Assembly: GCA_039798785.1 (NCBI GenBank)
Contig: JBDKFG010000046.1
Span: 1 to 37,623, forward strand
Length of the DNA: 37,623 bases
From: Verrucomicrobiota bacterium
Lineage (GTDB): Bacteria; Verrucomicrobiota; Lentisphaeria; Lentisphaerales; Lentisphaeraceae
Reading direction: 5' to 3'
In this document: positions 8,297 through 18,390 of the stretch, piece by piece
Position numbering within the stretch: position 1 is the stretch's first letter
Layout: each line of letters opens with the position of its first letter
The notes under the pieces: model-generated
Database searches by the model: none
The model's input: the letters and a program-made list of their open reading frames with translations, nothing else
Told to the model about the DNA's origin: nothing
Translations under genes and position numbers: made by a program

Positions 8297-9205
8297 TCAG
8301 ACAGTGCGATGTGAGACCGGCAAAAACAGCTCCTGAACGATGCGAATCAAGCGGAGAGCCGGTTCCGACGGCTTCTGCTCCTTGAGATGCAACGCGTAAA
8401 AATTGCGCCGCAGCGGCCGAATCCCGATCGGCAATGCCACCAGACGGCCGGAGGCGACCTGCCTCGCGGATGCCCTCTCCGACATCAAAGCGATGCCGTC
8501 CCCGGCTTCGACTCCCGCCATGATCGCCTCGTTGCTGGCATTCTGGCCAGGATAAAGTCGAATTCCCGGATGCCGCTCACGGATCCGCCCCAGAACGAAA
8601 CTCATCCCGGATCCGCCTTCATGTTGCAGAAAGAGCTCGCCGTCGAAATCCTTCTCATCTGCATATTTAAGCTTGGCCAGCCGGTGATCAGGCGGAACCA
8701 AGGCCACCACCCGCTCCTCAGCGACGAGCTTGTGGCTGAGCCGGGGATCGACAGGTGACACCGAACTGAAAGCCAGATGGCATGCACCCCGCAAAAGAGC
8801 CTTCTCCAAGTCGGAAGTCGCCATCATTCTTGTCTCCAGCCGCTGCGCCGGATATTGACGGCTGAATTGCCGCAAGGCCGTCGGCAAATAATAGTCGCCA
8901 AAGGTCTGCCCCGCCCCTACCTGCAGCTGCAGATCATCGACTTGCCGCATCTCCTGGAGTCGCTTGATGAGCAGCTCCTCCTGGACGAAGATCGGATCGG
9001 CCAGCAAAGCCAGCTCCCTGCCCGCCTCAGTCAGATCGACGCGACCTCGGCTGCGCTCAAGCAGCTTGAGACCAGCTTGCTTCTCCAATTTAGTCAGAAT
9101 CTGGCTTGCAGCCGATTGAGTCACCCCAAGAGAACGAGCGGCAGCGCTGACTGTACCCAATTCCGCCACTCGATGCAGCACCCGGATCCAGGATATCTCA
9201 ATCAT
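8297..9205 (-). CDS. LysR-family transcriptional regulator, divergent from the phosphonate operon
   Basis: HTH GTVSAAARSLGVTQSAASQILTKLE..G.KLLER; start at MIEIS preceded by GGAGG. Confidence 0.92.
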   Translation of the reverse strand: MIEISWIRVLHRVAELGTVSAAARSLGVTQSAASQILTKLEKQAGLKLLERSRGRVDLTEAGRELALLADPIFVQEELLIKRLQEMRQVDDLQLQVGAGQTFGDYYLPTALRQFSRQYPAQRLETRMMATSDLEKALLRGACHLAFSSVSPVDPRLSHKLVAEERVVALVPPDHRLAKLKYADEKDFDGELFLQHEGGSGMSFVLGRIRERHPGIRLYPGQNASNEAIMAGVEAGDGIALMSERASARQVASGRLVALPIGIRPLRRNFYALHLKEQKPSEPALRLIRIVQELFLPVSHRTV

Positions 9206-9224
9206 AAAAACACCCTCCATTAAT

Positions 9225-9242
9225 TAGATAAAATAATATCTA
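9225..9242. promoter_or_regulatory. Palindrome in the LysR/phnW divergent region (candidate regulator site)
   Basis: TAGATA-AAATAA-TATCTA in an AT-rich intergenic stretch. Confidence 0.45.
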
Positions 9243-9316
9243 TTTAGTTTTCAAAAAAACAACCCTGCTGCTTCCAGGATATGGTGAATCCATCAGCAAC
9301 CCTGAGGATCCCCCAA

Positions 9317-10447
9317 ATGAAATTCAACAACGAATGGCGCGACAAATCTCTCTGGACCCCCGGCCCCCTCACCACCAGCCGCACAGTGAAGGAAGCGATG
9401 CTGCGTGACTTCGGCTCGCGCGACAGCGGCTTTGTCGGCGTCATCAAGGAAATCCGCCGCCGCCTGGTCGAGATCGGGGGCGCCAGCACCAGCGAATACA
9501 CCTGCATCCCGATGCAGGGCTCCGGCACCTTCTCGCTCGAAGCGGTGATCTCCTCTTGCGTTCCCCGCGACGGCAAGGTTCTGGTCGTGGTCAACGGCGC
9601 CTACGGCGCCCGCATGGTCAAGATCTGCCAGGTCCTCGGCGTCGCGGTGCAGGAGCTTCGCTACGCCGAGAACGAGCTGCCGCGCGCCGACGACATCGAC
9701 GCCATTCTCGCCAAGGACAAGGCGATCAGCCACGTCAGCATGTGCCACTGCGAAACCACTTCCGGCATCTTCAATCCGATCGAAGAAATCGGCGCCGTCG
9801 TCCGCGCCGCCGGCCGTCTCTTCTACGTCGACGCCATGTCGAGCTACGGCGCCGTGCCCTGCGATCTGAAGAAATGCGCCATCGACTATCTCGTTTCCTC
9901 CTCGAACAAATGCATCGAAGGCGTTCCCGGCTTCGCCTACGTCATCGCCCGCCTTGAGCCCTTCCAGAAGACCCAGGGCCTGGCCCGTTCGCTGGTGCTG
10001 GACCTCTACGACCAGTGGCAGTCCCTTGAGAAGACCTCGCAGTTCCGTTTCACTCCGCCGACCCACGCCATGCTCGCCTTCCACCAGGCTCTGCTTGAGC
10101 TCGAAGCCGAAGGCGGCGTCGCCGCCCGCGCCGAGCGCTACGCCGCCAACAACCGCCGCATGATCGAAGGCATGACCGCGATGGGCTACAAGCTCTTCCT
10201 CGATCCCAAGGTGCAAGGCTGGATCATCTCCTCCTTCCACTACCCCCAGGATCCGGCCTGGAACTTCGAGAAGTTCTACTCCGGCCTCAACGACGAAGGC
10301 TACGTCATCTATCCCGGCAAGGTCGGCAGCGCCGAATGCTTCCGCCTCGGCAACATCGGCCGCCTGTCGCTGCGCGACGTCGAGGACGTGCTCGGCGCCG
10401 TCGCCCGCGTCAGCCGCCGCATGGGACTGCTCAGCATCAAAGCCTGA
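9317..10447 (+). CDS. phnW: 2-aminoethylphosphonate:pyruvate transaminase
   Basis: TPGPLTTS, MQGSGTF, HCETTSG, DAMSSYG, PLP lysine in SSNKCIEGVPG, QFRFTPPTH, IYPGK; start MKFNN after GAGGA. Confidence 0.95.
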   Translation: MKFNNEWRDKSLWTPGPLTTSRTVKEAMLRDFGSRDSGFVGVIKEIRRRLVEIGGASTSEYTCIPMQGSGTFSLEAVISSCVPRDGKVLVVVNGAYGARMVKICQVLGVAVQELRYAENELPRADDIDAILAKDKAISHVSMCHCETTSGIFNPIEEIGAVVRAAGRLFYVDAMSSYGAVPCDLKKCAIDYLVSSSNKCIEGVPGFAYVIARLEPFQKTQGLARSLVLDLYDQWQSLEKTSQFRFTPPTHAMLAFHQALLELEAEGGVAARAERYAANNRRMIEGMTAMGYKLFLDPKVQGWIISSFHYPQDPAWNFEKFYSGLNDEGYVIYPGKVGSAECFRLGNIGRLSLRDVEDVLGAVARVSRRMGLLSIKA

Positions 10448-10449
10448 GC

Positions 10450-11055
10450 ATGAAGACTGATCTCGACCAGCGCCTCGACGAGCTCTTCGCCCTGTGCCAG
10501 CGCGAAGGGACAAAAGACTACATCGGCGAGGCCATCTCCCAGCTCGAACACCTTTCGCAAGGTACCGAACTGGCTCTCGCCGCGGGCGCCGACGACGAGC
10601 TTGTCCTGGCCACCGCCTTTCACGATCTCGGCCATATCTGCGTCGACGCCACCCGCGCCCGCTCCATGCAAGGCTACGGGGTCGACCACCACGACCGTCT
10701 CGGCGCCGCCTACCTGAAGCGCCTCGGTTTCTCTGCGCGGATCTGCGGCCTGGTCGGCAACCACGTCCGGGCCAAGCGCTACCTCGTCAGCCGCGACTCC
10801 GCCTACCTCGCGCGGCTCAGCGCCGCCAGCCTCGAGACCTTGCGGCATCAAGGCGGCGCAATGAGCCCTGAGGAAGCCGCGGCCTTCGAACAGGACCCGC
10901 TCTTCGCCGACAGCCTCAAGCTGCGCCTTTGGGACGAAGCGGCGAAGAGGGTCGACACGCCACTTCTCGACTTCGCCAAGCTGCGCGACATGGCCCGGCA
11001 CCACCTCGAAAAAAACCGCTCTGAACTCCAGACCCAACCCCCAGGCCCCCAATGA
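10450..11055 (+). CDS. HD-domain phosphonate oxygenase (PhnZ-like)
   Basis: YIGEAISQLEH, FHDLGH, HHDRLGA, NHVRAKRYL, LSAASLETLRHQGG, LRLWDEAAK; ATG 2 nt after the phnW stop. Confidence 0.88.
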   Translation: MKTDLDQRLDELFALCQREGTKDYIGEAISQLEHLSQGTELALAAGADDELVLATAFHDLGHICVDATRARSMQGYGVDHHDRLGAAYLKRLGFSARICGLVGNHVRAKRYLVSRDSAYLARLSAASLETLRHQGGAMSPEEAAAFEQDPLFADSLKLRLWDEAAKRVDTPLLDFAKLRDMARHHLEKNRSELQTQPPGPQ

Positions 11056-11849
11056 AAATCCAAATGATCTGCTCCGACATGGCCGGCACCACCATCGACC
11101 ACGGCTCCTGCGCCCCCGCCGGCGCCTTCGTCGAGCTCTTCCGCCGCAACGGCGTCACCGCCACCCTCGAAGAAGCCCGCCGCCCCATGGGCCAGCACAA
11201 GCGCGATCACATCCGCCACATGACCAAGGAGCCTTCCGTCGCCCGCCAATGGCAGGCCAAGTACGGCCGTCCGGTCAATGAAGCCGACGTCGAGAAGATG
11301 TTCCAGGAGTTCATCCCCCTGCAGCTCGCCGTCCTCCCCTCCTTCTGCACCCTGATCCCCGGCGTCGTCGCCACCGTCGCCGAGCTCAAGCACCGCGGCC
11401 TGATCTTCACCACCTCGACCGGCTACAACCGCGAGATGACCGACATCTGCCTCCAGGCCTACGAGGCCGCCGGCATCCTGCCCGCCTTCCACATCTGCGC
11501 CGCCGAAGTCGCGGCCGGACGCCCCGCGCCCGACATGGCCCTGCGCGCCATGCAGGCGATGCAGGTCGCGCCGGAAGCCGTGATCAAGATCGGCGACACC
11601 ATCTCCGACATCCAGGAGGGCCTCGCCGCCAAGACCTGGAGCATCGGCATCACCGCCACCGGCAACATGCTCGGCCTCAATCTCGACGAGTACACCGCTC
11701 TCCCCACGCGCGAGCGCCAGCGCCGCCTCGCCCTCGCCACCGAGGAGATGAAGGCCGCCGGAGCCCACTACGTGATCGAGCGCTTCTCCGACCTGCCGGA
11801 AGTGATCGACGAGATCAACCGGCGCCTCGCCGCAGGCGAGACGCCCTGA
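11052..11849 (+). CDS. phnX: Phosphonoacetaldehyde hydrolase (phosphonatase)
   Basis: HAD motif DMAGTTIDHGS, Schiff-base cap PMGQHKRDHI, GRPAPDM, KIGDTISDIQEG; ATGA overlap with the upstream gene. Confidence 0.93.
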   Translation: MKIQMICSDMAGTTIDHGSCAPAGAFVELFRRNGVTATLEEARRPMGQHKRDHIRHMTKEPSVARQWQAKYGRPVNEADVEKMFQEFIPLQLAVLPSFCTLIPGVVATVAELKHRGLIFTTSTGYNREMTDICLQAYEAAGILPAFHICAAEVAAGRPAPDMALRAMQAMQVAPEAVIKIGDTISDIQEGLAAKTWSIGITATGNMLGLNLDEYTALPTRERQRRLALATEEMKAAGAHYVIERFSDLPEVIDEINRRLAAGETP

Positions 11850-11862
11850 CAGAAAACTCTCC

Positions 11863-13062
11863 ATGAGCCCGGCTTTGGCATTCGATCTCTGCGTCGTCGG
11901 CATGGGCGTCGCCGGCCTCAGCCAGACCTTCGTCGCCCTCAAGCGCGGCTTGCGTGTCGCCATCGTCGGCCAGGAGCGCGAGACGCATGGCTCCTCGGTG
12001 CAGAACTTCGGCTTCTTCTGCCCCATCGGCCAGCCGGCCGGACCCCGTCTCGAAGCCGCCTTGCTCAGCCGCGATCTCTGGCTCGAGGCGCTCGCCGGCT
12101 CCGGCTGCATGCAGCGGGCCACGGGCTCTCTTCTGACCGTCCAGACCGACGCGGAGCTGGCGGTCATCGAAGCCTTCCAGGCGGGAGCGGAGGCCAAGGG
12201 CTACCGGACCCGCCTTCTCAGCCCGGACGAAGCTGCGGCGAAGTCGCCCGCGGTGCGCCGCGAGCTCTGCCGCGGTGGACTCTTCTCCGACACCGAGATC
12301 AACATCGACCCGCGCCAGGCCATCCCCGCCGTCCTGGCCCGCTGCCTCGCCGAGGGCGCCACCGCCTTCCGTTCCGCCGCCGTCGCCTTCGATGACGACA
12401 AGACCCTGGTCCTCGCCGACGGCCGGCGCATCCGGGCCGAACGCTTCGTCCTCTGCGAGGGACAGGAGCCGCGCAAGCTCTTCCCTCAGGTCTTTGCCGC
12501 ACAAGCCGAGTCGCTGAAGCTGTGCAAGCTGCAGATGTTCAAGCGCCAGGCTCCGCCCGGATTCGATCTCGGGCCGGTGCTGTGGAGCGGCCTTTCCCTG
12601 CCCTTCTACCCCTGCTTCCGCGACATCCCCGGCGTCGATGCCGTCCGCGACGAGATGAACCGTCGCGATCCCCGCATCTGGGAGCGCGGCGTCCACCTCC
12701 TCGCCTCTCAGGACCGCTTCGGCAATCTCGTCCTCGGCGACTCGCATGACTACAGCGACGAGGCGCAGAACTCCTTCCTCGACGAAGAGGTGTTTTCCCT
12801 GATCGAGCGCGAGCTCGAAACCGCCTTCTCCTTGCCGTCGGGAAAGCCCCTCGAGCGCTGGGCCGGCCACTACCTGAAGCGTTTCGGCGGCGCCTTCTTC
12901 TGCCACGACGTAAGCGCCTCGATCCGCATCCTCAACGGCTTCGGCGGCGCCGGCATGACCCTGGCCTTGGGCGTGGCGGAGATGATGGCCCGCAACTGGT
13001 CTGACCTGGACATCCTGAATGGGCTGCTCGATCGAAAGTCAAACTGGAGCTGCAACATCTAG
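11863..13062 (+). CDS. FAD-dependent oxidoreductase, TIGR03364/PbfC-like (aminophosphonate oxidation)
   Basis: GMGVAG Rossmann motif, GSSVQNFG, CKLQM, LVLGDSHDY, GGAGMT; located in the phn operon. Confidence 0.85.
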   Translation: MSPALAFDLCVVGMGVAGLSQTFVALKRGLRVAIVGQERETHGSSVQNFGFFCPIGQPAGPRLEAALLSRDLWLEALAGSGCMQRATGSLLTVQTDAELAVIEAFQAGAEAKGYRTRLLSPDEAAAKSPAVRRELCRGGLFSDTEINIDPRQAIPAVLARCLAEGATAFRSAAVAFDDDKTLVLADGRRIRAERFVLCEGQEPRKLFPQVFAAQAESLKLCKLQMFKRQAPPGFDLGPVLWSGLSLPFYPCFRDIPGVDAVRDEMNRRDPRIWERGVHLLASQDRFGNLVLGDSHDYSDEAQNSFLDEEVFSLIERELETAFSLPSGKPLERWAGHYLKRFGGAFFCHDVSASIRILNGFGGAGMTLALGVAEMMARNWSDLDILNGLLDRKSNWSCNI

Positions 13063-13063
13063 C

Positions 13064-14422
13064 TCAAGCTTCAAAGCCGACACAATCTCCATAGAGAGCT
13101 TGCAAGGTCGAGCGCTCGATTTTTATCGATGCGAGGGTGCCTGCAGTCAAGCCGGGAAGAGGATCGAAGATGACGATCTTGTTGTGGGTGCTGCGCCCGC
13201 TCCAACGCTCCGGGTTGCGCTTCGACGGCCCCTCAACCAGGACCTCCTGTACACTGCCCACCATTGCCGAGTTGCGGCGCTCGAGGCGGCGATTGAGATC
13301 ATCCATCAACAGCTGCTGACGGCGTTCCATCACCTCTTCAGGAACCTGGTCACTCATCCGGGCCGCGGGAGTGTCCTTGCGCGGGGAATATCGAAAGATG
13401 AAGGACTGGTCGAAGCCGACTTCTTCGCAAAGTTTTCGAGTCGCCTCGAAGTCGGCCTCGGTCTCACCGGGAAAGCCGACGATCAGATCGGTGCAGAAGA
13501 GCGCTTCTGGAACTTTTTCTTGGACGCGCCGGACCCAGCCGAGATACTCGGCGGCGGTGTAGCGGCGACGCATCAGCTTCAGGATGCTGTCCGAACCCGA
13601 CTGCAGGGGGAAGTTGATGCCTCGGCAGATCTTCGGCTCGGCGGCGATGGTATCGATCAGATCCTGATTGAAGTATCTGGCGTGGGGCGAGGTGAAGCGG
13701 ATGCGCCGGATGCCGGGAATGGCGGCGACGGCGCGGAGCAGCTCGGCAAAGGGGGAACGGGAGGGATCGAAGCTGCGTTCGCGACGGGCCTCCAGAAGAC
13801 CGTAAGCGGTGATGTTCTGCCCGAGGAGAGTGACTTCCCGGACTCCTCTATCGGCAAGACCGCGGATCTCGGCCAGGATCGAAGCGGCGGGACGCGATTT
13901 CTCCTGGCCCCGGGTGAAGGGAACAATGCAATAGGTGCAATATTCGTTGCAGCCGCGCTGAATGCTGACCTGGGCACTGATCTCTCCGGCGGGGTGGGCG
14001 GCGAGACGTTCGAGGATGTCGCGCGACAGACCGATTTCGACCAGGCGTCCGGCGCCCGATTCAACTTGACGTAGCATTTCGGGAACGCGGTGCAGCTGGT
14101 CGGTGCCGACGACGAAATCGACGTGATCGAACTTCTCGATCAGCTCGTCGCTGCGCGACTGGGCCATGCAACCGAGCACCCCGATGCGGAGCTCGGGTTT
14201 CCGGCGTTTGAGGCGGCTGATCAAACCGATCTTGCCCATCGCCTTCCGCTCCGCCTGGTCGCGCACAGAGCAGGTGTTGAAGAGGATGACATCGGCGTCT
14301 TTCTCCTCTTCGGTGAGCTCAAAGCCTTGCGCCTTGAGATCCATCGCCACCGCTTCGGAATCACGATCGTTCATTTGGCAGCCATAGGTGTGGATAAGGA
14401 CTTTCTTGGCAGACTCAGACAT
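13064..14422 (-). CDS. miaB: tRNA ms2i6A37 methylthiotransferase
   Basis: TYGCQMN..DSE, NTCSVR, radical SAM motif CNEYCTYC, IVGFPGET, C-terminal TRAM domain. Confidence 0.96.
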   Translation of the reverse strand: MSESAKKVLIHTYGCQMNDRDSEAVAMDLKAQGFELTEEEKDADVILFNTCSVRDQAERKAMGKIGLISRLKRRKPELRIGVLGCMAQSRSDELIEKFDHVDFVVGTDQLHRVPEMLRQVESGAGRLVEIGLSRDILERLAAHPAGEISAQVSIQRGCNEYCTYCIVPFTRGQEKSRPAASILAEIRGLADRGVREVTLLGQNITAYGLLEARRERSFDPSRSPFAELLRAVAAIPGIRRIRFTSPHARYFNQDLIDTIAAEPKICRGINFPLQSGSDSILKLMRRRYTAAEYLGWVRRVQEKVPEALFCTDLIVGFPGETEADFEATRKLCEEVGFDQSFIFRYSPRKDTPAARMSDQVPEEVMERRQQLLMDDLNRRLERRNSAMVGSVQEVLVEGPSKRNPERWSGRSTHNKIVIFDPLPGLTAGTLASIKIERSTLQALYGDCVGFEA

Positions 14423-14891
14423 GTATCACCTAGTTGTTTTCTACGTCGCCAAGAATATCCGGGAATTTTGCAGATGCCATCCTGGCGCGGAAATGAAGAC
14501 GCCCTCGGCACTTCACCCGCCGCCTTGGCCCTTGTCGCAAAGGGAGAGTCGCGCTGCCTATCACCCGATTTGTACATGGATCAGGGCGAAGCCTGTCGCC
14601 AGGGAGGCATCGACTTGCTGAGAAGGATGATCTGGCAAGGAGCTCGGCCCAGGCGGCGAGACATTGGATTTGCACTTCAAGACCCGGTGCGCCGGAGAGA
14701 TCGGGCCTGAGCAGCTCTTCGAAGCGGGATCGCAATTCCCTACATTATCCAATCCAGGATGTCGGGAGAAGCGACGCCGAAACCGACATGGACAGCCGAA
14801 TCGCGGTGCCTAGGGGGCTGGCATCGCAGTTGCGTTGACGTTTAGGTGATCGACCTTGCCTTGCCAACGAAATCCCCCCTGGAGGCCATCC

Positions 14892-15356
14892 GTGAAAAGC
14901 GAACACATCAACCCTTGCATCGAAGCGACGATCCAGACCTACAAGACCATGCTCAAGGTGACGCCAGTGCGTTCCGGCGACCTAGCCGTCAAGATGGGAG
15001 TCTTCGATGTCACCGACATCACCGGCGTGATCGGCCTCTCCGGCACGGTCAAAGGCGCGATGATGCTGACCATGGAAAAGGAAGTGGCCTGCAAGACCGT
15101 CGGCTCCTTCCTGGAGAAAGAGATCACTGCGGTTGACGACGAGGTCTTGGATGGCATCGGCGAGATTCTCAACATCATCGCCGGCGCCGCGGCAGCAAAG
15201 CTCTCCGGCTACAAGATCCAGCTCGGCCTGCCGACGGTCCTTCAGGGCAAGGATCAGCGGATGTTCGCCAACATCGCGACCCCCTGGATCATCATCCCGA
15301 TGAATGCGCCGGGGTCCGGACGTTTCGACATAGCCATCACCATGGACGAAGGCTGA
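14892..15356 (+). CDS. cheX: CheX-family phosphatase
   Basis: GTG start after GGAGG; INP.IEA, DITGVIGLSG, intact ExxN motif in GEILNIIAG, GLPTVLQG. Confidence 0.85.
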   Translation: MKSEHINPCIEATIQTYKTMLKVTPVRSGDLAVKMGVFDVTDITGVIGLSGTVKGAMMLTMEKEVACKTVGSFLEKEITAVDDEVLDGIGEILNIIAGAAAAKLSGYKIQLGLPTVLQGKDQRMFANIATPWIIIPMNAPGSGRFDIAITMDEG

Positions 15357-15360
15357 AGCC

Positions 15361-15831
15361 ATGGACGCGGGGCTGCGCCAGCAAGTCGTCAACGCCTTCA
15401 CGCTGGCTGCGGCGGAAACCTTTTCGTCAATGATCGGGGTGAAGGTCATCCGCGCTGAACCCAGCCCCCCCCTGGAGGACGCCTCCTTCAATCATCTCCA
15501 GGATGTCTATTCGCCGAGTCTGCAGGCCAGCGTCTCGCTTCGCACTTCGGCGGACACCGGACTGGTGATCGCCGGCCGTTTTCTCGGCGAGGAAGCGAGC
15601 GTATACGACCCGTCTGTGCTCGACGCCTTGCGTGAGCTTTTCACCATCGCCGTCAATGCAGGATGCGCCAGTCTGACGGCCTTGAAGATGAAATCCGGCA
15701 TCGCCCTTTCGATGCTCAGCGGCGAGGGCCTGCTGCAACGGCGCGGCAAGGACGCCTCCTACATCATCCTCCTTATTCTCGAAGGTCTGGGAGCAATTCA
15801 GCTTGAAGTGGCATTCTCCGGTACTGCGTGA
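15361..15831 (+). CDS. CheX-like protein with a degenerate catalytic motif
   Basis: VVNAFTLAAAETFSSM and VLDALRELFTIAV align with CheX, but ExxN reads ELFT. Confidence 0.65.
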   Translation: MDAGLRQQVVNAFTLAAAETFSSMIGVKVIRAEPSPPLEDASFNHLQDVYSPSLQASVSLRTSADTGLVIAGRFLGEEASVYDPSVLDALRELFTIAVNAGCASLTALKMKSGIALSMLSGEGLLQRRGKDASYIILLILEGLGAIQLEVAFSGTA

Positions 15832-16741
15832 GGCGCTCATCCGCCTCGTCATCTTCAATCTGGTGCTGATGGCGCTGGCCGACCTGGCCATGCGCACCTG
15901 GGCTCTCTTCAAGTTACCCAAGGCGCCGGTGGCCGCGACGCGCCAGCTGCGCCTGGCGGCGACCAGCGAACTCAAGGTCTCCCTCCACGACATTGCCGCG
16001 AAACTGGCGGAGCCCCCCCAGGATTGCCGCGTCGAGACCGTCGCCTGCTCACACAGCCGCCCCGATGACCTCGCCGCCGCCCTACGCGCCGAGACACTGG
16101 ACATCCTGGTGATGTCGGCGGCCGAAGCCGCACGAGTCCTTGGCAGCCATTGCAAGGTGATCGCCTTCGAGGCCGATCTTTCCGGCGAGCCCTTGCGGCG
16201 CAGGGCCCAGATCGTCCGGCTGGCGGAGCCGGAGAAGACCATTGCCTCCTTGCGGACAAGTCGCCGCGGCGACATGTGGAGAAGCTCGCTTCTGAGCTAC
16301 CAGCCGATCCGGAGGATCGCGGTGAGCCGCCGCGGCGACCCTCTCGGCTGCGAACTCGCGCTTGATTATTTCCGCCTCCGCAATCTGCCGATGCCGGAAG
16401 TCGTCGAAGCCGGCAGCGGGCTGCGCGGGCTGGAATGGCTCAAGGCCGGAAAGGTCGATTCAGTGGTGATGAGCGAAGACGAGATGTTCATCTGCCAGCC
16501 CCATGAACAAGGCAGGCTGAAAACCTTCGCCTACACCGAATCCTGTTACGGCATGGTCGTGCTGGCGCCTGAAAGCACGGGCGACGACAAACTCCGCGAA
16601 CTGGGGTTGCGGCTGTCTCAGCTCCCGATCGGCAGCGCCCTTGATGAAAGGCGATGGTGGAGCGCTCTCGATTCAGTTGTCGACCCTCTGGGCAAACCCC
16701 CGGCACGGGTTTTGCGAAATACTCCTGCAAACCTAAAATAG
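15803..16741 (+). CDS. Membrane-anchored PhnD/type-2 periplasmic-binding-fold protein (start uncertain)
   Basis: N-terminal hydrophobic helix; ALRAETLDILVMS and LEWLKAGKVDSVV recall PBP2 lobes; RIAV...DPLG resembles the PhnD 'S.SG' loop region. Confidence 0.55.
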   Translation: MKWHSPVLREALIRLVIFNLVLMALADLAMRTWALFKLPKAPVAATRQLRLAATSELKVSLHDIAAKLAEPPQDCRVETVACSHSRPDDLAAALRAETLDILVMSAAEAARVLGSHCKVIAFEADLSGEPLRRRAQIVRLAEPEKTIASLRTSRRGDMWRSSLLSYQPIRRIAVSRRGDPLGCELALDYFRLRNLPMPEVVEAGSGLRGLEWLKAGKVDSVVMSEDEMFICQPHEQGRLKTFAYTESCYGMVVLAPESTGDDKLRELGLRLSQLPIGSALDERRWWSALDSVVDPLGKPPARVLRNTPANLK

Positions 16742-16782
16742 ATGCCGGCCGGGTGCACGCGCCCTGCTTGAAGGAGAGAGCA

Positions 16783-18390
16783 TTGAAAAGCGTCCGTTCC
16801 CAACTGTCCAAACTGAAAATTGTCTTTGCGATTTTCGTCATCCTGGTCTTGGCCCAGGTGGGGCTCTATCACATTTTGCAGAGCCATCGGGGCGACATCG
16901 CCGAACAGGACGCCGCCTTGATCGGCGAATTCGCCGCCCTGGCTCAGGACCAGGCTCGGATCGCCGCCAAGGTGGAACGGCTGGCCTCTCTCGACGCTCC
17001 GGCGGCCTCTTTCCGTGCCGACACGGCCGCGATCCAGGCGGAGATCCGCAGCGCTTCTGCCGAGGCCGCCTCCTGGCTCGGCAGAGCTGAAGAGGTGCTG
17101 CTCCGCGACGGCTCCTGGCGAGCCACCATGGAGCGCCGTTACGCCTCGCTGAAGCAAGCCATCGAGATGGTGGAAAACGGGCGCCGCCAGGACGCCCTCG
17201 GCATTCTCGCCGTCGAGCGCAGTCTCGCCGGCGACGCCCCCGATCTCTTCAAGCACGCCGGCGACACGCTGCTCGCCCGGCACAAGGAGAGCGAAGACAC
17301 CTACCGCATGGGTTTTCTCCTCCCGCTGCTGGTCACCGTCCCCTCCTTCGCCCTGCTCCTCTTCATCGCCTCCCGGCTCTTCTCCGGCCTTGACCGCGAC
17401 TTCCGCATCCTCACCCGCTTTGCCGGCGACGTCGAGGCCGGACGTCCCGGGCGCCTGCCGAAGAGTTCACTGCTCGAAGAGATCAACGAGCTCTCCTCAG
17501 CCTTCCAACGGATGGAGGTCGAACTCCGCAACCGCGATCTTCTCCTCCGCCAGGACAAGGCCAAGGCGGAAGAATTCTCCAATCTCCTCGAGGAACAGGT
17601 GCAGCTGCGCAACCGCCAGCTCGCCGCCAAAAACGAACTCCTGTCGCGCAAGAACGAAGAGCTCGAACAGATGCTCTACACCTTCTCGCACGACCTCCGC
17701 ACGCCCCTGGTCGGCGTCCAGGGATTCGCCCAGGAACTGCAGATGACCGTCTCGATGCTAAGCGACGAACTCGCCGCCAGCGGACTTCCCGCCTCGCAGC
17801 CGAAGATCAACGAACTGCTCGCCAAGGACATTCCCGGCGCCATCAACTACATCCATTCGGGCACCGCCCGGATGGACTCCCTGATCCAGGGGCTGCTCAA
17901 GGTCTCCCGCGTCGGCGTGGCCCCCCTTGAGCTCCAGGTCGTCGACATGAACGAAATGCTCAAGGATGTCACCGACGGCCTCAACTTCCAAGCCCAGACC
18001 GCCGGAGCCATGCTCCTGGTCGACCCCCTGCCCTCCTGCACCTGCGACCGGGCCAAGATGGAGCAGGTCTTCACCAATCTCATCTCCAACGCGATCAAAT
18101 ACCGCAACCCCTCCCGCGCCTCGGAAATCCGCGTCGGCGCCAGTCGCGACCGCGACGCCACCATCTATGAAATCCGCGACAACGGCGTAGGCATCCCCGC
18201 CGACAAGCTCCGCGACATCTTTAAGAGCTTCTATCGACAACACCCCGATCTCGCCGACGGAGAAGGTCTCGGCCTGACCATCGCCAGCCGGATCATCGAC
18301 CGCCACGGCGGCCGCCTCTGGGTCGAATCCGAAGTCAACCAAGGTTCGACCTTCAAGATCCTCCTCCCCGATGCGGTACCCCATGGCTGA
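16783..18390 (+). CDS. Membrane sensor histidine kinase (2 TM, HAMP, HisKA, HATPase)
   Basis: TTG start after AAGGAG; H-box FSHDLRTPL, N-box NLISNAIKY, DNGVGI, GEGLGL. Confidence 0.92.
   Translation: MKSVRSQLSKLKIVFAIFVILVLAQVGLYHILQSHRGDIAEQDAALIGEFAALAQDQARIAAKVERLASLDAPAASFRADTAAIQAEIRSASAEAASWLGRAEEVLLRDGSWRATMERRYASLKQAIEMVENGRRQDALGILAVERSLAGDAPDLFKHAGDTLLARHKESEDTYRMGFLLPLLVTVPSFALLLFIASRLFSGLDRDFRILTRFAGDVEAGRPGRLPKSSLLEEINELSSAFQRMEVELRNRDLLLRQDKAKAEEFSNLLEEQVQLRNRQLAAKNELLSRKNEELEQMLYTFSHDLRTPLVGVQGFAQELQMTVSMLSDELAASGLPASQPKINELLAKDIPGAINYIHSGTARMDSLIQGLLKVSRVGVAPLELQVVDMNEMLKDVTDGLNFQAQTAGAMLLVDPLPSCTCDRAKMEQVFTNLISNAIKYRNPSRASEIRVGASRDRDATIYEIRDNGVGIPADKLRDIFKSFYRQHPDLADGEGLGLTIASRIIDRHGGRLWVESEVNQGSTFKILLPDAVPHG

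Noticed and set aside
14430..14735. 101-aa minus-strand ORF upstream of miaB
   Set aside because: TTG start, no recognisable motif, unconvincing codon bias; cannot be supported
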